A stretch of DNA of 32,000 nt from Aeropyrum pernix K1 (lineage in GTDB: Archaea; Thermoproteota; Thermoprotei_A; Sulfolobales; Acidilobaceae). Shown here piece after piece: positions 7,622-16,164 of this stretch. Under the pieces are notes generated by a model that saw nothing but the letters and a program-made list of their open reading frames with translations, was not told where the DNA came from and did not search any database. Where the stretch lies: the NCBI RefSeq assembly GCF_000011125.1, contig NC_000854.2:210001-242000 (forward strand), read 5' to 3'. Made by a program: the position numbers and the translations under genes. Position 1 is the first letter of the stretch; each line of letters starts with the position of its first letter.

Positions 7622-8590
7622 TCACCTCTCTTCAAGGTGGCATGCCACTAGTCTTCCAGGAGCTCTCTCTTCCAGCCTAGGCTTTATCCTCATACACACA
7701 TCCATAACGTAGGGGCAACGAGGGTGGAATCTGCAGCCTGGAGGAGGGTCTGCCAGGCTTGGGGGTTCTCCTCTTATTGGCTCTATCTCCTCGTCTACGT
7801 GTGGCTTTGGTATGGACTTTAGAAGGCCTTTAGTATATGGATGTAAAGGTCTTTCGAAGAGGCTAAATACATCAGCAACCTCAACTACGTGTCCAGCATA
7901 CATTACAGCAATTCTATCGGCTATCTCAGCGGCTACAGCTAAGTTATGAGTAATCAGAATTATTGTTGTCTCGAGCTCCTCTCTTAGTCGAGAAAGCATC
8001 TTAAGAATCTGTGCTTGAACCGTCACATCAAGGGCTGTTGTGGGCTCATCAGCTATAATAATCCTAGGTCGGGTTATTAGTGATGCAGCTATGACTATTC
8101 TTTGCTTCATACCTCCACTAAGCTCGTGAGGATACTTTTCCAGGATCATATGGGGAGCTGGCATCATAAGCTTCTTCAAAATTTCTTGTGCTATCTTCTC
8201 TACCCTCCTTTTCTCCCCCGAAACGTGATCTGTAACTTGCTTTTTGACCTTATGGACAGGGCTTAGAGCTGCAGATGGATCCTGGAATATCATCGAAACT
8301 ATTTTACCCCTTATCTTGACTAACTCATCTTCCGAAAGCCTAACTAGATCCACTGTATTGCCGCTTCCAAGATTTAGGATTATACTTCCTTTCTCAATGA
8401 CGGCATTGCTAGGTAGTATTCTTGCTATGCTCCTGGCCAAAGTTGATTTTCCACAGCCTGACTCGCCCACTATTGCCAGTATCTCACCTTGATATACATC
8501 AAGCTCTACTCCGTCTAGTGCATTAACTACCCCTTGCCTAGTGTAATAGTTAACAGTTAGATCTCTTATAGACAGAACAATCTCACTCAA
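7622..8590 (-). CDS. oppD: Oligopeptide/dipeptide ABC transporter ATP-binding protein (OppD/DppD type)
   Basis: Walker A GESGCGKST, signature LSGGMKQR, Walker B IIIADEPTTALD, and C-terminal PPSLADPPPGCRFHPRCPYV. Confidence 0.94.
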   Translation of the reverse strand: MSEIVLSIRDLTVNYYTRQGVVNALDGVELDVYQGEILAIVGESGCGKSTLARSIARILPSNAVIEKGSIILNLGSGNTVDLVRLSEDELVKIRGKIVSMIFQDPSAALSPVHKVKKQVTDHVSGEKRRVEKIAQEILKKLMMPAPHMILEKYPHELSGGMKQRIVIAASLITRPRIIIADEPTTALDVTVQAQILKMLSRLREELETTIILITHNLAVAAEIADRIAVMYAGHVVEVADVFSLFERPLHPYTKGLLKSIPKPHVDEEIEPIRGEPPSLADPPPGCRFHPRCPYVMDVCMRIKPRLEERAPGRLVACHLEER

Positions 8591-9513
8591 ACTAGAACAC
8601 CCCTCTTCCTAGTCCTCGGATCTAACACATCTCTAAGACCATCTCCAAGAAGACTCCAGCCTAATACCCAGAGGAAGATGGCGATGCCTGGGAAGAATAC
8701 GGGCCACCAAGCTCCTTGGAGAAGCCAGTTCCTCCCTTCGCTAATCATTATACCCCACTCAGCCGTTCCTGGCTGTGCACCAAGACCGAGGAAGCCGAGC
8801 CCAGAAGCTACAAGGACAACCAAACCGAGGTCCATACTTGCTATAACCAGCACTGTGTAAATAGAGTTTGGCAGTATATGTCTGGCTATTATCCTATACG
8901 TATTCAATCCTAGTATTTTAGCGGCCTCAACATATGGCTCGTTTTTAACCCTCAAGACCTCGGCTCTAACTATCCTTGCATAAGCGGGCCACCACACGGC
9001 TATTAAAGCTAATATCATGTTTTGTAGGCTCCTCTCCATCATAGACGCTATTGCCATGGCAAGTATGAGGCCTGGGAGTGATAGAAACACTTCGGTTATT
9101 CTCATAAGAATATTATCTATTATTCCTCCGAAGTAGGCTGAGATGCTGCCTACTACGACACCTATGGCAACAGCTACACCAACAACAATTAACGATATCC
9201 TAAGGCTGATCCGAGTACCCCATATCACACCATAATATATATCGTAATAGCCTGGAGGGCCGGAGGTGCCAAAGGGATGCTTACTGCTGGGAGGCAAGGG
9301 TTCTGAAGAATATACTTTTGGAATCTTATATGGATCAGGATAATTAGGTGGGGCTAGCAGGGGGGCGGCAACAGCTATCAGTATAAACCCCGTGATTATT
9401 ATTAGTCCCATCCTGGATAGCGGGTTAGAGTACAGCTCCAGTATCAAACTCTCAAATTTCTCGTAGAGACTCTTTACAATGAGTAGCGGCAATGTCCGCC
9501 ACCCCCTACTCAT
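8587..9513 (-). CDS. oppC: Oligopeptide/dipeptide ABC transporter permease (OppC type)
   Basis: TPPNYPDPYKIP...HPFGTSGPPGYY...GTRISLRISL...REVLRVKNEPYVEAAKILGLNTYRIIARHILPN (EAA loop). 4-nt overlap with oppD. Confidence 0.92.
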   Translation of the reverse strand: MSRGWRTLPLLIVKSLYEKFESLILELYSNPLSRMGLIIITGFILIAVAAPLLAPPNYPDPYKIPKVYSSEPLPPSSKHPFGTSGPPGYYDIYYGVIWGTRISLRISLIVVGVAVAIGVVVGSISAYFGGIIDNILMRITEVFLSLPGLILAMAIASMMERSLQNMILALIAVWWPAYARIVRAEVLRVKNEPYVEAAKILGLNTYRIIARHILPNSIYTVLVIASMDLGLVVLVASGLGFLGLGAQPGTAEWGIMISEGRNWLLQGAWWPVFFPGIAIFLWVLGWSLLGDGLRDVLDPRTRKRGVLV

Positions 9514-10534
9514 ATCTTATCCTCGGATCCAGGTACGCTAGCAGAATATCCACAGCTAGATTTACCACTATAAAGAGGGTGCCCACAAAAAGTGTAAATC
9601 CCACTACCGCAGCTGGGTCTAGCTGTATTGCTGCATTGGCTGCAAATCTACCGAGTCCTGGCCAGTTGAAAACCGTCTCTGTCAGTACAACCCCGCTCAT
9701 TAGACCTACGAATTGTAATCCAGCTACGTTTACAAGAGATATGTAGGAGTTTCTTCTAACGTAATCTTTTAGTACAACTTCTCTTCTGAGACCTTTGCTT
9801 AAAGCAAAGTCAACGTACTCTTTATTCATCTCCTCTATCATACTGCTTCTGAGCACCCTTATGAATATCGCTATGTGGATGTAGGTTTGAGTAAGGACAG
9901 GAGGTATCAGATGTTTAACAGCATCGATAAAGACTTCAATGTTTCTATTCAGCAGGGCGTCTATGGTTAATAGCCCCGTGTAGAACTTAAAGTCCCCGTA
10001 AGGTGGCATGTACTTGAATCTTACTTCTAAGCTCAGCCTTCCTGGGCCTACAAAATCGAGAACGTTGTAAAATAAATAGAGGAGCATGAGTGCCAGCCAA
10101 AATACGGGCATAGAGTATCCACTCAGGGCAAGGAGCCTTGTTAAATGATCAATCAACTTGTCCTTATTGGCCGCCGCCTTAGTTCCAAGATAAACACCAA
10201 CTATAATAGAGAGTGTGAATGCATATAATGCTAGCTCCAGAGTTGCTGGGAGGAAGCTCTTAATAGCCTCGGTTACTGGCATATTGGCCGTGACAGAATA
10301 GCCCAGGTCCCCTTGTAGCACTCCCTTGAGCCAGTAAATATATTGCACGTAAAGCGGGTCGTCAAAATGATAGAGCTCCCTAACCCTCTGCACATCCTCA
10401 GGCGTCATATCAGGATGTATGTATATGGCGGCTGGATCGCCTACAAGCCTTGTAAGTATAAATACCAGGATCGAAAGGCCAAAGAGGGTTGGTATTGCCG
10501 ATAAAAACCTGTATATTATATATTTTATTAGCAT
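9506..10534 (-). CDS. oppB: Oligopeptide/dipeptide ABC transporter permease (OppB type)
   Basis: IYRFLSAIPTLFGLSILVFILTRLVGDPA...RVLRSSMIEEMNKEYVDFALSKGLRREVVLKDYVRRN...FNWPGLGR. Confidence 0.93.
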   Translation of the reverse strand: MLIKYIIYRFLSAIPTLFGLSILVFILTRLVGDPAAIYIHPDMTPEDVQRVRELYHFDDPLYVQYIYWLKGVLQGDLGYSVTANMPVTEAIKSFLPATLELALYAFTLSIIVGVYLGTKAAANKDKLIDHLTRLLALSGYSMPVFWLALMLLYLFYNVLDFVGPGRLSLEVRFKYMPPYGDFKFYTGLLTIDALLNRNIEVFIDAVKHLIPPVLTQTYIHIAIFIRVLRSSMIEEMNKEYVDFALSKGLRREVVLKDYVRRNSYISLVNVAGLQFVGLMSGVVLTETVFNWPGLGRFAANAAIQLDPAAVVGFTLFVGTLFIVVNLAVDILLAYLDPRIRYE

Positions 10535-10550
10535 TTTCCTGGGCTCACCC

Positions 10551-12959
10551 TCACCCCTTGGTTAGTGCATAGTACCAGATGCCTCCATAGAATGGGTTGT
10601 AGAAGTAGCCTTGTATCCAGTCTCTCATCACTACAAACACTGTCGGATATACTGTGTATATTTGGGGAACGTCTTCCCTCAGAGCGATCAGTTGTATCTG
10701 TTTATATAGCTCCTCCCTCTTCTGGGGATCCGTTTCAAGCGCTGCTTGTTTTATAAGTTCATCAACCTTCGGGTTACTGTAGCCTCCTCCCAGGCTCTGG
10801 AATAGGCTGTAACTGGCTAACTGTTGCTCCACAGCTATGTGGGGATCTAGGTAGTTTATCCAGTCTCCAATAGCGAATAGTGGTAGCTCAAAGTTTTCCA
10901 TCTTCTCAAGGTAGACTGGCCAGTCTAGAGCCTGGACCCTGAGCTTGAACTTCGGATTAATTTTCTGAAGACTTTCGGCGAGTAGCTCCAAAGCTATCCT
11001 ACGCTGCTCGTTGCCTGCGTTGTAAAACGCTGTTATAACGAAGCCCTCTTCCCATACTCTTCCTCCCCAAGCTTTCTTGAAATACTCGGCTGCCTTCTCA
11101 GGGTCGTATTCATAGTTATAGGCCTCAACGTAGCCTGGCCATCCTGGCGGTACACAAGCTCTAGCCCTTATTGCGAGGCCTTGGTAAGCCTTCTCTATAA
11201 ATTCCTCGTAGGGGAACGCGTAGGCGAATGCTTTGCGCACGTTTACATCCGTGAAGAAGTCGGGCCAGATGGTGTCTCCTTCTGGAATCTTCGATATGTT
11301 GAAGTTGAACTGTATAAACTCAACCACATTTGTTGCCGCTCCCGTAAAGATCGTTATACCAGGAACGTTCTCCACTTGAGACTTGTAAGACACTGGTATA
11401 TCGGCGATATCTACGTCTCCGTTCTTAAGCATTAGCAGTCTCGTGCTCAGCTCAGGGACGAACATTATCACTACTCTTTTTGTAGGGGCTGGACCTTGCC
11501 AGTAGTCTTCAAACCTTTCTAGAACGATCCTCTGTCCTGGAACCCACTCTACCATCTTATATGGACCGGTTCCCATAGGATTCCTCATTATATAGTCGTT
11601 TATCTTGCCCCTGAATTTTGACCACTCCGACTTTGGTAAACTCGGATCCCAATCCCCATGCTCTATAGCCCACTTTTTATTTATTATAACAAAAGCGTAG
11701 TCACTGGCTAGTATTCTTAAGAAGGGTGCGAACGGTTTTTTCAGTTTGAACACGACTGTGTATTTGTCGATGGCCCTTATAGCTTGGTCTATCTGGTCGG
11801 GATCCCATTCGTCTATGAGGAACGGCTTTATCTGCCTCACGTGGCCTTGTGGAAGGTCTAGCACCAGTAGACGTTTAAACGAATATTCTACGTCGTAGGC
11901 TGTTAACTCCTCTCCGTTGTGGAACTTAACCCCCTTCCTGATATAGAATATGTACGTTGTGCCGTTGTCCTTGATCTCCCACCTTTCAGCTAGCCAAGGC
12001 TTTATCTCCTTAAAGTTTTTAGTGGTCCACACTAGCCTTTCATATACATTGTCTATTATTTCTGCTGATGCGGTATCGTGCGCAAAGGCCGGATCTAGAC
12101 CCTGGGGCTCACCTATCCTGGCGACTATAATAGTGTCTGGGTGCTTCAACTGTATCGCTGGACCTTTCTTCTCTTCTACAACTCTAATTGTTTTTATGGC
12201 GGAGGCGGTTTTTCCATTTACAGCCTTAACAGTAAGTTTTACGGGATATGATCCTGGCTTTTCGAACGTGTGTGTTACACTCTTTCCAGTAGCTGTCGTG
12301 CCGTCGCCAAAATCCCATACATACTCTGTTATCGCTTCTACAGACTTAACAATGCTTACTTTATCATCCTCCTTCTTCTCTACCCACGCCCAAGAGGAGG
12401 ACCCGTCAAATGAGACTTCTTCCCCAGGTGTAACGATATCTTTGTCGCTAGATATTACAGCTACCGGAGGCGAGTCGGGCGACTGGGGTATATCTCCTAT
12501 CTCAACTGTTATGTATAGCAAAGTCTCGTCATTAGTATCCACAGCTCCCTTGTCGTCCTTAACCGTAAGGACCACTATATACGATCCTGGCAGTTCATAA
12601 GCGTGAGAAACTTTGGCCCCAAATGCTGTCGTGCCGTCGCCAAAATCCCATACATATTCAACGATTTTCCCGTCCGGGTCTTTTGAGAGAGTTCCATCGA
12701 ACTCTATAACCTCACCAACTTTAGCAAAGAGTGATGAGGCCCTAGCTATGGCGTAAGGCGGGTTATTAACTTCAGGCGCAATAGTCTCCTTAGGAGCTTC
12801 GGTGGGGCTAGCAACAGTTTCTGTTGTAGTAGGGCTGGCTGTCTCGCCTCCTCCCGGAGTTGTAAATAATTGCCATGCAGCCACGATTATAAATACTATA
12901 ATTAAAGCTGCTATGGCTATTCTCACTCCTATAGAACGGCTATTCGACATCCACCTCAC
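10551..12959 (-). CDS. Substrate-binding protein (SBP family 5) of peptide ABC transporter with N-terminal anchor and two PKD domains
   Basis: TM anchor, Thr/Pro stalk, two PKD repeats each with the YVWDFGDGT core and 'PGSYxVxLTV', then an SBP_bac_5 domain (GLDPAFAHDTASAEIIDNVYERL...YIRKGVKFHNGEELTAYDVEYSFKR). Confidence 0.92.
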   Translation of the reverse strand: MRWMSNSRSIGVRIAIAALIIVFIIVAAWQLFTTPGGGETASPTTTETVASPTEAPKETIAPEVNNPPYAIARASSLFAKVGEVIEFDGTLSKDPDGKIVEYVWDFGDGTTAFGAKVSHAYELPGSYIVVLTVKDDKGAVDTNDETLLYITVEIGDIPQSPDSPPVAVISSDKDIVTPGEEVSFDGSSSWAWVEKKEDDKVSIVKSVEAITEYVWDFGDGTTATGKSVTHTFEKPGSYPVKLTVKAVNGKTASAIKTIRVVEEKKGPAIQLKHPDTIIVARIGEPQGLDPAFAHDTASAEIIDNVYERLVWTTKNFKEIKPWLAERWEIKDNGTTYIFYIRKGVKFHNGEELTAYDVEYSFKRLLVLDLPQGHVRQIKPFLIDEWDPDQIDQAIRAIDKYTVVFKLKKPFAPFLRILASDYAFVIINKKWAIEHGDWDPSLPKSEWSKFRGKINDYIMRNPMGTGPYKMVEWVPGQRIVLERFEDYWQGPAPTKRVVIMFVPELSTRLLMLKNGDVDIADIPVSYKSQVENVPGITIFTGAATNVVEFIQFNFNISKIPEGDTIWPDFFTDVNVRKAFAYAFPYEEFIEKAYQGLAIRARACVPPGWPGYVEAYNYEYDPEKAAEYFKKAWGGRVWEEGFVITAFYNAGNEQRRIALELLAESLQKINPKFKLRVQALDWPVYLEKMENFELPLFAIGDWINYLDPHIAVEQQLASYSLFQSLGGGYSNPKVDELIKQAALETDPQKREELYKQIQLIALREDVPQIYTVYPTVFVVMRDWIQGYFYNPFYGGIWYYALTKG

Positions 12960-12998
12960 CTAACGTTGTCACTTTTACACTTAGATTTTTGGGCACCT

Positions 12999-13020
12999 CT
13001 ATATAAACTTTTTTGAAAAT
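12999..13020 (-). promoter_or_regulatory. TATA box/BRE upstream of the opp operon
   Basis: Minus strand 'attttcaaaaaagtttatatag' about 40-50 nt upstream of the start at 12959. Spacing fits an archaeal promoter. Confidence 0.55.
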
Positions 13021-13323
13021 TTATTTTTTATAATATAAAGGTACAAAGTAATATTTTGAAAAATTTTTAAAGAAAATAAAAGTTCTCTAACATCTAATTT
13101 ATACATGTAAAAAATTGATGATTACCAAAAAAGTTTATTTTTCGTCTTAAGTGTTAAAAATTGATTCAACCCTACTGTCGAATTTACATAATGTGAACTA
13201 TTATTTATGTTAGTGTAAGGAAGATATACATATTCTTTTATAAAAATGATTGAGAGTTCCAACAGGATACATCCTTAGGATATCCAGAATTATGCTGCTT
13301 TTCGAGCCATCAAGCTTTGCTTT

Positions 13324-13366
13324 ATGACTAGTCATGATAATATGGAACTTAACTACAACTGTAGTT
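13324..13366 (+). promoter_or_regulatory. Double-palindrome candidate operator/promoter of the kinase cassette
   Basis: Perfect ATGACTAGTCAT (13324-13335), a TATA-like GATAATATGG, then AACTACA-AC-TGTAGTT (13351-13366), just upstream of the start at 13382. Confidence 0.5.
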
Positions 13367-13381
13367 ACGCAGTAGCAGGGT

Positions 13382-14818
13382 GTGTTGGCTGTGGGCGATA
13401 GCTTACTCTGTAGCGTTGACGTTGGAACCTCTGGGATTAGGCTAAGTTTATACGGTGAGGACCTAGGGCTAGTGGCCAGATATACCGAAGAGCTCACTCT
13501 CTACTATAGTGGGAATAGGGTTGAGCAGGACGCCTTGATTCTTGCGGCTAATGTTAGGGATATGCTGGGGAAGGCGGCGAGGTCAGGGTGTAATGTAGTA
13601 GGCCTGTCCATCTATAGGGGTTCTGTGGTTGCTTGGAGAAATGGTAAACCACTAAGTGATGTGATTACGTGGATGGATTCAAGGGGTTTGGAGGAATATT
13701 CGAAACTCCCTCTCGGTGCCAGGCTTGTTTCGAAATCGCCTGTGTTGGGGAAGGCTCTAAAGCCTGGGTCTCCAGCGCTTGTGATGAGGCGGCTATGGCT
13801 CAACCACCCGGGAGCCAGGATTTGGAGCATTGACGGGTTCCTTTCTGACATGTTAACCGGAGAGTTTACAAGTGATCCTGGTCAGGCCGCCCTAACAGGC
13901 CTTGTGAGCCCCTACAGCTTGAAACCACTCAGCCTCGTTATCAGACTTCTAGGTCTAAGGGGGCTTGAGCTACCAAGGCTTAGGCTTCACAACGAGCCCT
14001 TAACACGGGTTGGAGGGGTTCTTGTGGGGCCTATGGTTGCGGACCAGCAGGCTGCATCAATAGGCCTGGGCTGCTTAAGGCCGGGGTGTGTTAAGGCCAC
14101 CCTTGGGACAGGCCTTTTCCTGGACGCGCCAGTTGAGGGCAAGCCTCCCCTCTTCACCGGGGATCTCATACCCGTTGTTAACCTCGCCCTGCCCGGGCGG
14201 GTCTACTATGGTCTTGAGGGCTTCGCTGCTGGTGTGGGTATGGTTTTCGACGCTTTCGCGAGGGTTCTAGGCGGGTTTAGCGTGTTGGAGGAGAAGGCGT
14301 TGGAGCCTGCTGATCCGGCTCCCGTGGTTCCGGTGCTCGCAGGCCTCAGAACGCCGTATAGGCCGCTCCTGCGGGGTGCGGTGCTCGGCGTATCTCCGGG
14401 TTTCACTGCAGCTTCTCTCGCCAAGGGTCTCATAATAGGCACCCTACTGACAGTGCTCTCCATCTATAGGGAGCTCGCCCGTAGGATGGGGGGTTTCGGG
14501 GAGCTCAGAATAGGAGGAGGGCTCTCCAGGCTAGGCCTTCTAGCCTCCTCTATAGCTTCCGCCGTGGGAGTTAAGGTGTATAGGAGCGTGGACTATAACG
14601 ATTCTGCACGGGGCGCCGCTCTAGTGGCTGGATATGCGTCTGACCTCATATCTAGGGAAGAGCTTCTAAACCCTCCTGTCAGCCTAGTTGAGGTGGAGCC
14701 CTTGGAGGAGCTTAGCCTCAGTGGTGTTGATGCTTGGCTCGGCTTGGTGGATGCCCTGGCCTCGGAAGACTTCTCGAGAAGGTTAGAGGAGATCCGGAGG
14801 TCGAGCTTTCGGAGGTAG
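13382..14818 (+). CDS. FGGY-family carbohydrate/glycerol kinase-like protein
   Basis: LLCSVDVGTSGIRLSLY N-terminal phosphate-1 motif, GLVSPYS, VADQQAASIGLGCLRPGCVKATLGTGLFL (substrate/phosphate-2 region), RIGGGLSR adenosine motif. Confidence 0.85.
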   Translation: MLAVGDSLLCSVDVGTSGIRLSLYGEDLGLVARYTEELTLYYSGNRVEQDALILAANVRDMLGKAARSGCNVVGLSIYRGSVVAWRNGKPLSDVITWMDSRGLEEYSKLPLGARLVSKSPVLGKALKPGSPALVMRRLWLNHPGARIWSIDGFLSDMLTGEFTSDPGQAALTGLVSPYSLKPLSLVIRLLGLRGLELPRLRLHNEPLTRVGGVLVGPMVADQQAASIGLGCLRPGCVKATLGTGLFLDAPVEGKPPLFTGDLIPVVNLALPGRVYYGLEGFAAGVGMVFDAFARVLGGFSVLEEKALEPADPAPVVPVLAGLRTPYRPLLRGAVLGVSPGFTAASLAKGLIIGTLLTVLSIYRELARRMGGFGELRIGGGLSRLGLLASSIASAVGVKVYRSVDYNDSARGAALVAGYASDLISREELLNPPVSLVEVEPLEELSLSGVDAWLGLVDALASEDFSRRLEEIRRSSFRR

Positions 14819-16164
14819 GGCCCCCGGAGTTCGATGTTCCCCAGTTCAGCAGGTGGCCGTTGCCGTTGGACATGTGGCCGCTCTGGCCGTTGCTGGTGGA
14901 GAAGGGGTTCAGGCCTCGTGCGTATGTGGCGAAGCCGCGGAGCCGAGGGGCTGTTGAGAGGATTGTGGAGGCGGCTGCGGAGGCTGGAGCATGCCTCGTG
15001 CCTAGGGGAGGCGGCTCTAACGTCGTGGGCGCCTCACCCCCGCTCGGCTGCTGCCTCATACTTGACCTGAGGATGCTGGACAAGATATTGTGGTTCAGCG
15101 GTGAGGACCTCGTTGTCCACGTCGAGGCGGGGGCTGTTGTCTCGAAGGTTGAGGAGTGGCTGAACAGGCGGGGATACACACTGGGCTACCACCCCCAGTC
15201 CCAGAGCCTTGCCACTGTAGGAGGCTCCATAGCCATGCTAGGCTCGGGCGCCCTAGCACCGGGGCTGGGTAACATAGAAGACATGGTACTCTGGCTGGAA
15301 ACAGTTATACCGGGTCTCGGAACCGTCACGCTAGGCTCCCGCAACAGCCCCCGTGGGTGGGAGGGGCCGGGGGTCAAGCACCTATTCATAGGGTCTGAGG
15401 GCTCACTGGGCGTCGTCGTATCGGCGGGCCTCAGGGTCAGGCCGCTGCCCGAGTTTACAGGCGCCCTGGCCTACAGGCTGCCCGGCTTCCGCGAGGGTCT
15501 AGAGGCTGCGAGACGGCTCACACTATGGAGGGGCGCCAGGCTTCTGAGGCTTCTAGACCCCAGTGAGGCTAGCATGCTCTACGGCGTCGACGGCGCCGTG
15601 CTCATGGTGGAGGTTGAGGCGCCAGATAGGGGTTTGCTGGAGGCTATGGAAGGCTATGTTGAAAAGGTCGCCTCCGCCAGCGGAGGTTCAAGGGTTGAGG
15701 GTGTCTACGAGAAGTGGGCTAGGGCTAGGTACATGTACGACGAGCACGTTAGGCAGCTCTGGAGCGCCGGTCTATGGGTCGACACTATAGACACGGCAGC
15801 CCCCTGGAGCAGGGTTGAGGACCTCAACAGGAGGCTCCTGGAGGACCTCGCGGGGATTCCAGGCGTTGTAGCTGTTATGAGCCACGCGGGCCACTTCTAC
15901 AGCGGGGGGGCGAGCCTATACCACACCGTCGTTATGGAGAGGAGGCTTGACACGTACTGGAGGGTCTGGTCTAGAGTGGCAGAGGCTGTTAGACAACTGG
16001 GCGCCTCGATAACCCACCAGCACGGCTGGGGCCTGCTCAGGAAGCCCTACCTAGGGTTTTTAGGCGGGAACTACAGGGTGTTCTGCCGCGTCAAAAACAC
16101 CCTGGACCCCGGGAACGTCCTCAACCCCAACGGCATCTCCTCGAGGTGCAGCAGGGTTGGATAG
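14734..16164 (+). CDS. FAD-binding oxidase, alkylglycerone-phosphate synthase-like / GlcD superfamily
   Basis: PCMH/FAD_binding_4 signature (AEAGACLVPRGGGSNVVGAS..., SLATVGGSIAMLGSGALAPGLGNIEDMV) and C-terminal SITHQHGWGLLRKPYLG...KNTLDPGNVLNPNG. Confidence 0.85.
   Translation: MARLGGCPGLGRLLEKVRGDPEVELSEVGPPEFDVPQFSRWPLPLDMWPLWPLLVEKGFRPRAYVAKPRSRGAVERIVEAAAEAGACLVPRGGGSNVVGASPPLGCCLILDLRMLDKILWFSGEDLVVHVEAGAVVSKVEEWLNRRGYTLGYHPQSQSLATVGGSIAMLGSGALAPGLGNIEDMVLWLETVIPGLGTVTLGSRNSPRGWEGPGVKHLFIGSEGSLGVVVSAGLRVRPLPEFTGALAYRLPGFREGLEAARRLTLWRGARLLRLLDPSEASMLYGVDGAVLMVEVEAPDRGLLEAMEGYVEKVASASGGSRVEGVYEKWARARYMYDEHVRQLWSAGLWVDTIDTAAPWSRVEDLNRRLLEDLAGIPGVVAVMSHAGHFYSGGASLYHTVVMERRLDTYWRVWSRVAEAVRQLGASITHQHGWGLLRKPYLGFLGGNYRVFCRVKNTLDPGNVLNPNGISSRCSRVG

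Noticed and set aside
11950-12600. 216-aa plus-strand ORF antisense to the binding protein
   Set aside because: Low-complexity Ser/Thr/Val/Ile composition typical of the reverse complement of a coding region. The minus strand carries clear SBP/PKD homology.
12960-13320. Short direct repeats such as AAAAATTGAT x2 in the AT-rich gap, considered as a CRISPR or mobile-element remnant
   Set aside because: Only two short AT-rich copies, no regular spacer-repeat structure, no terminal inverted repeats, and no transposase or cas genes anywhere in the window.
13210-13497. 95-aa minus-strand ORF upstream of the FGGY kinase
   Set aside because: It overlaps the kinase 5' end and the palindromic promoter region and has no recognisable domain.
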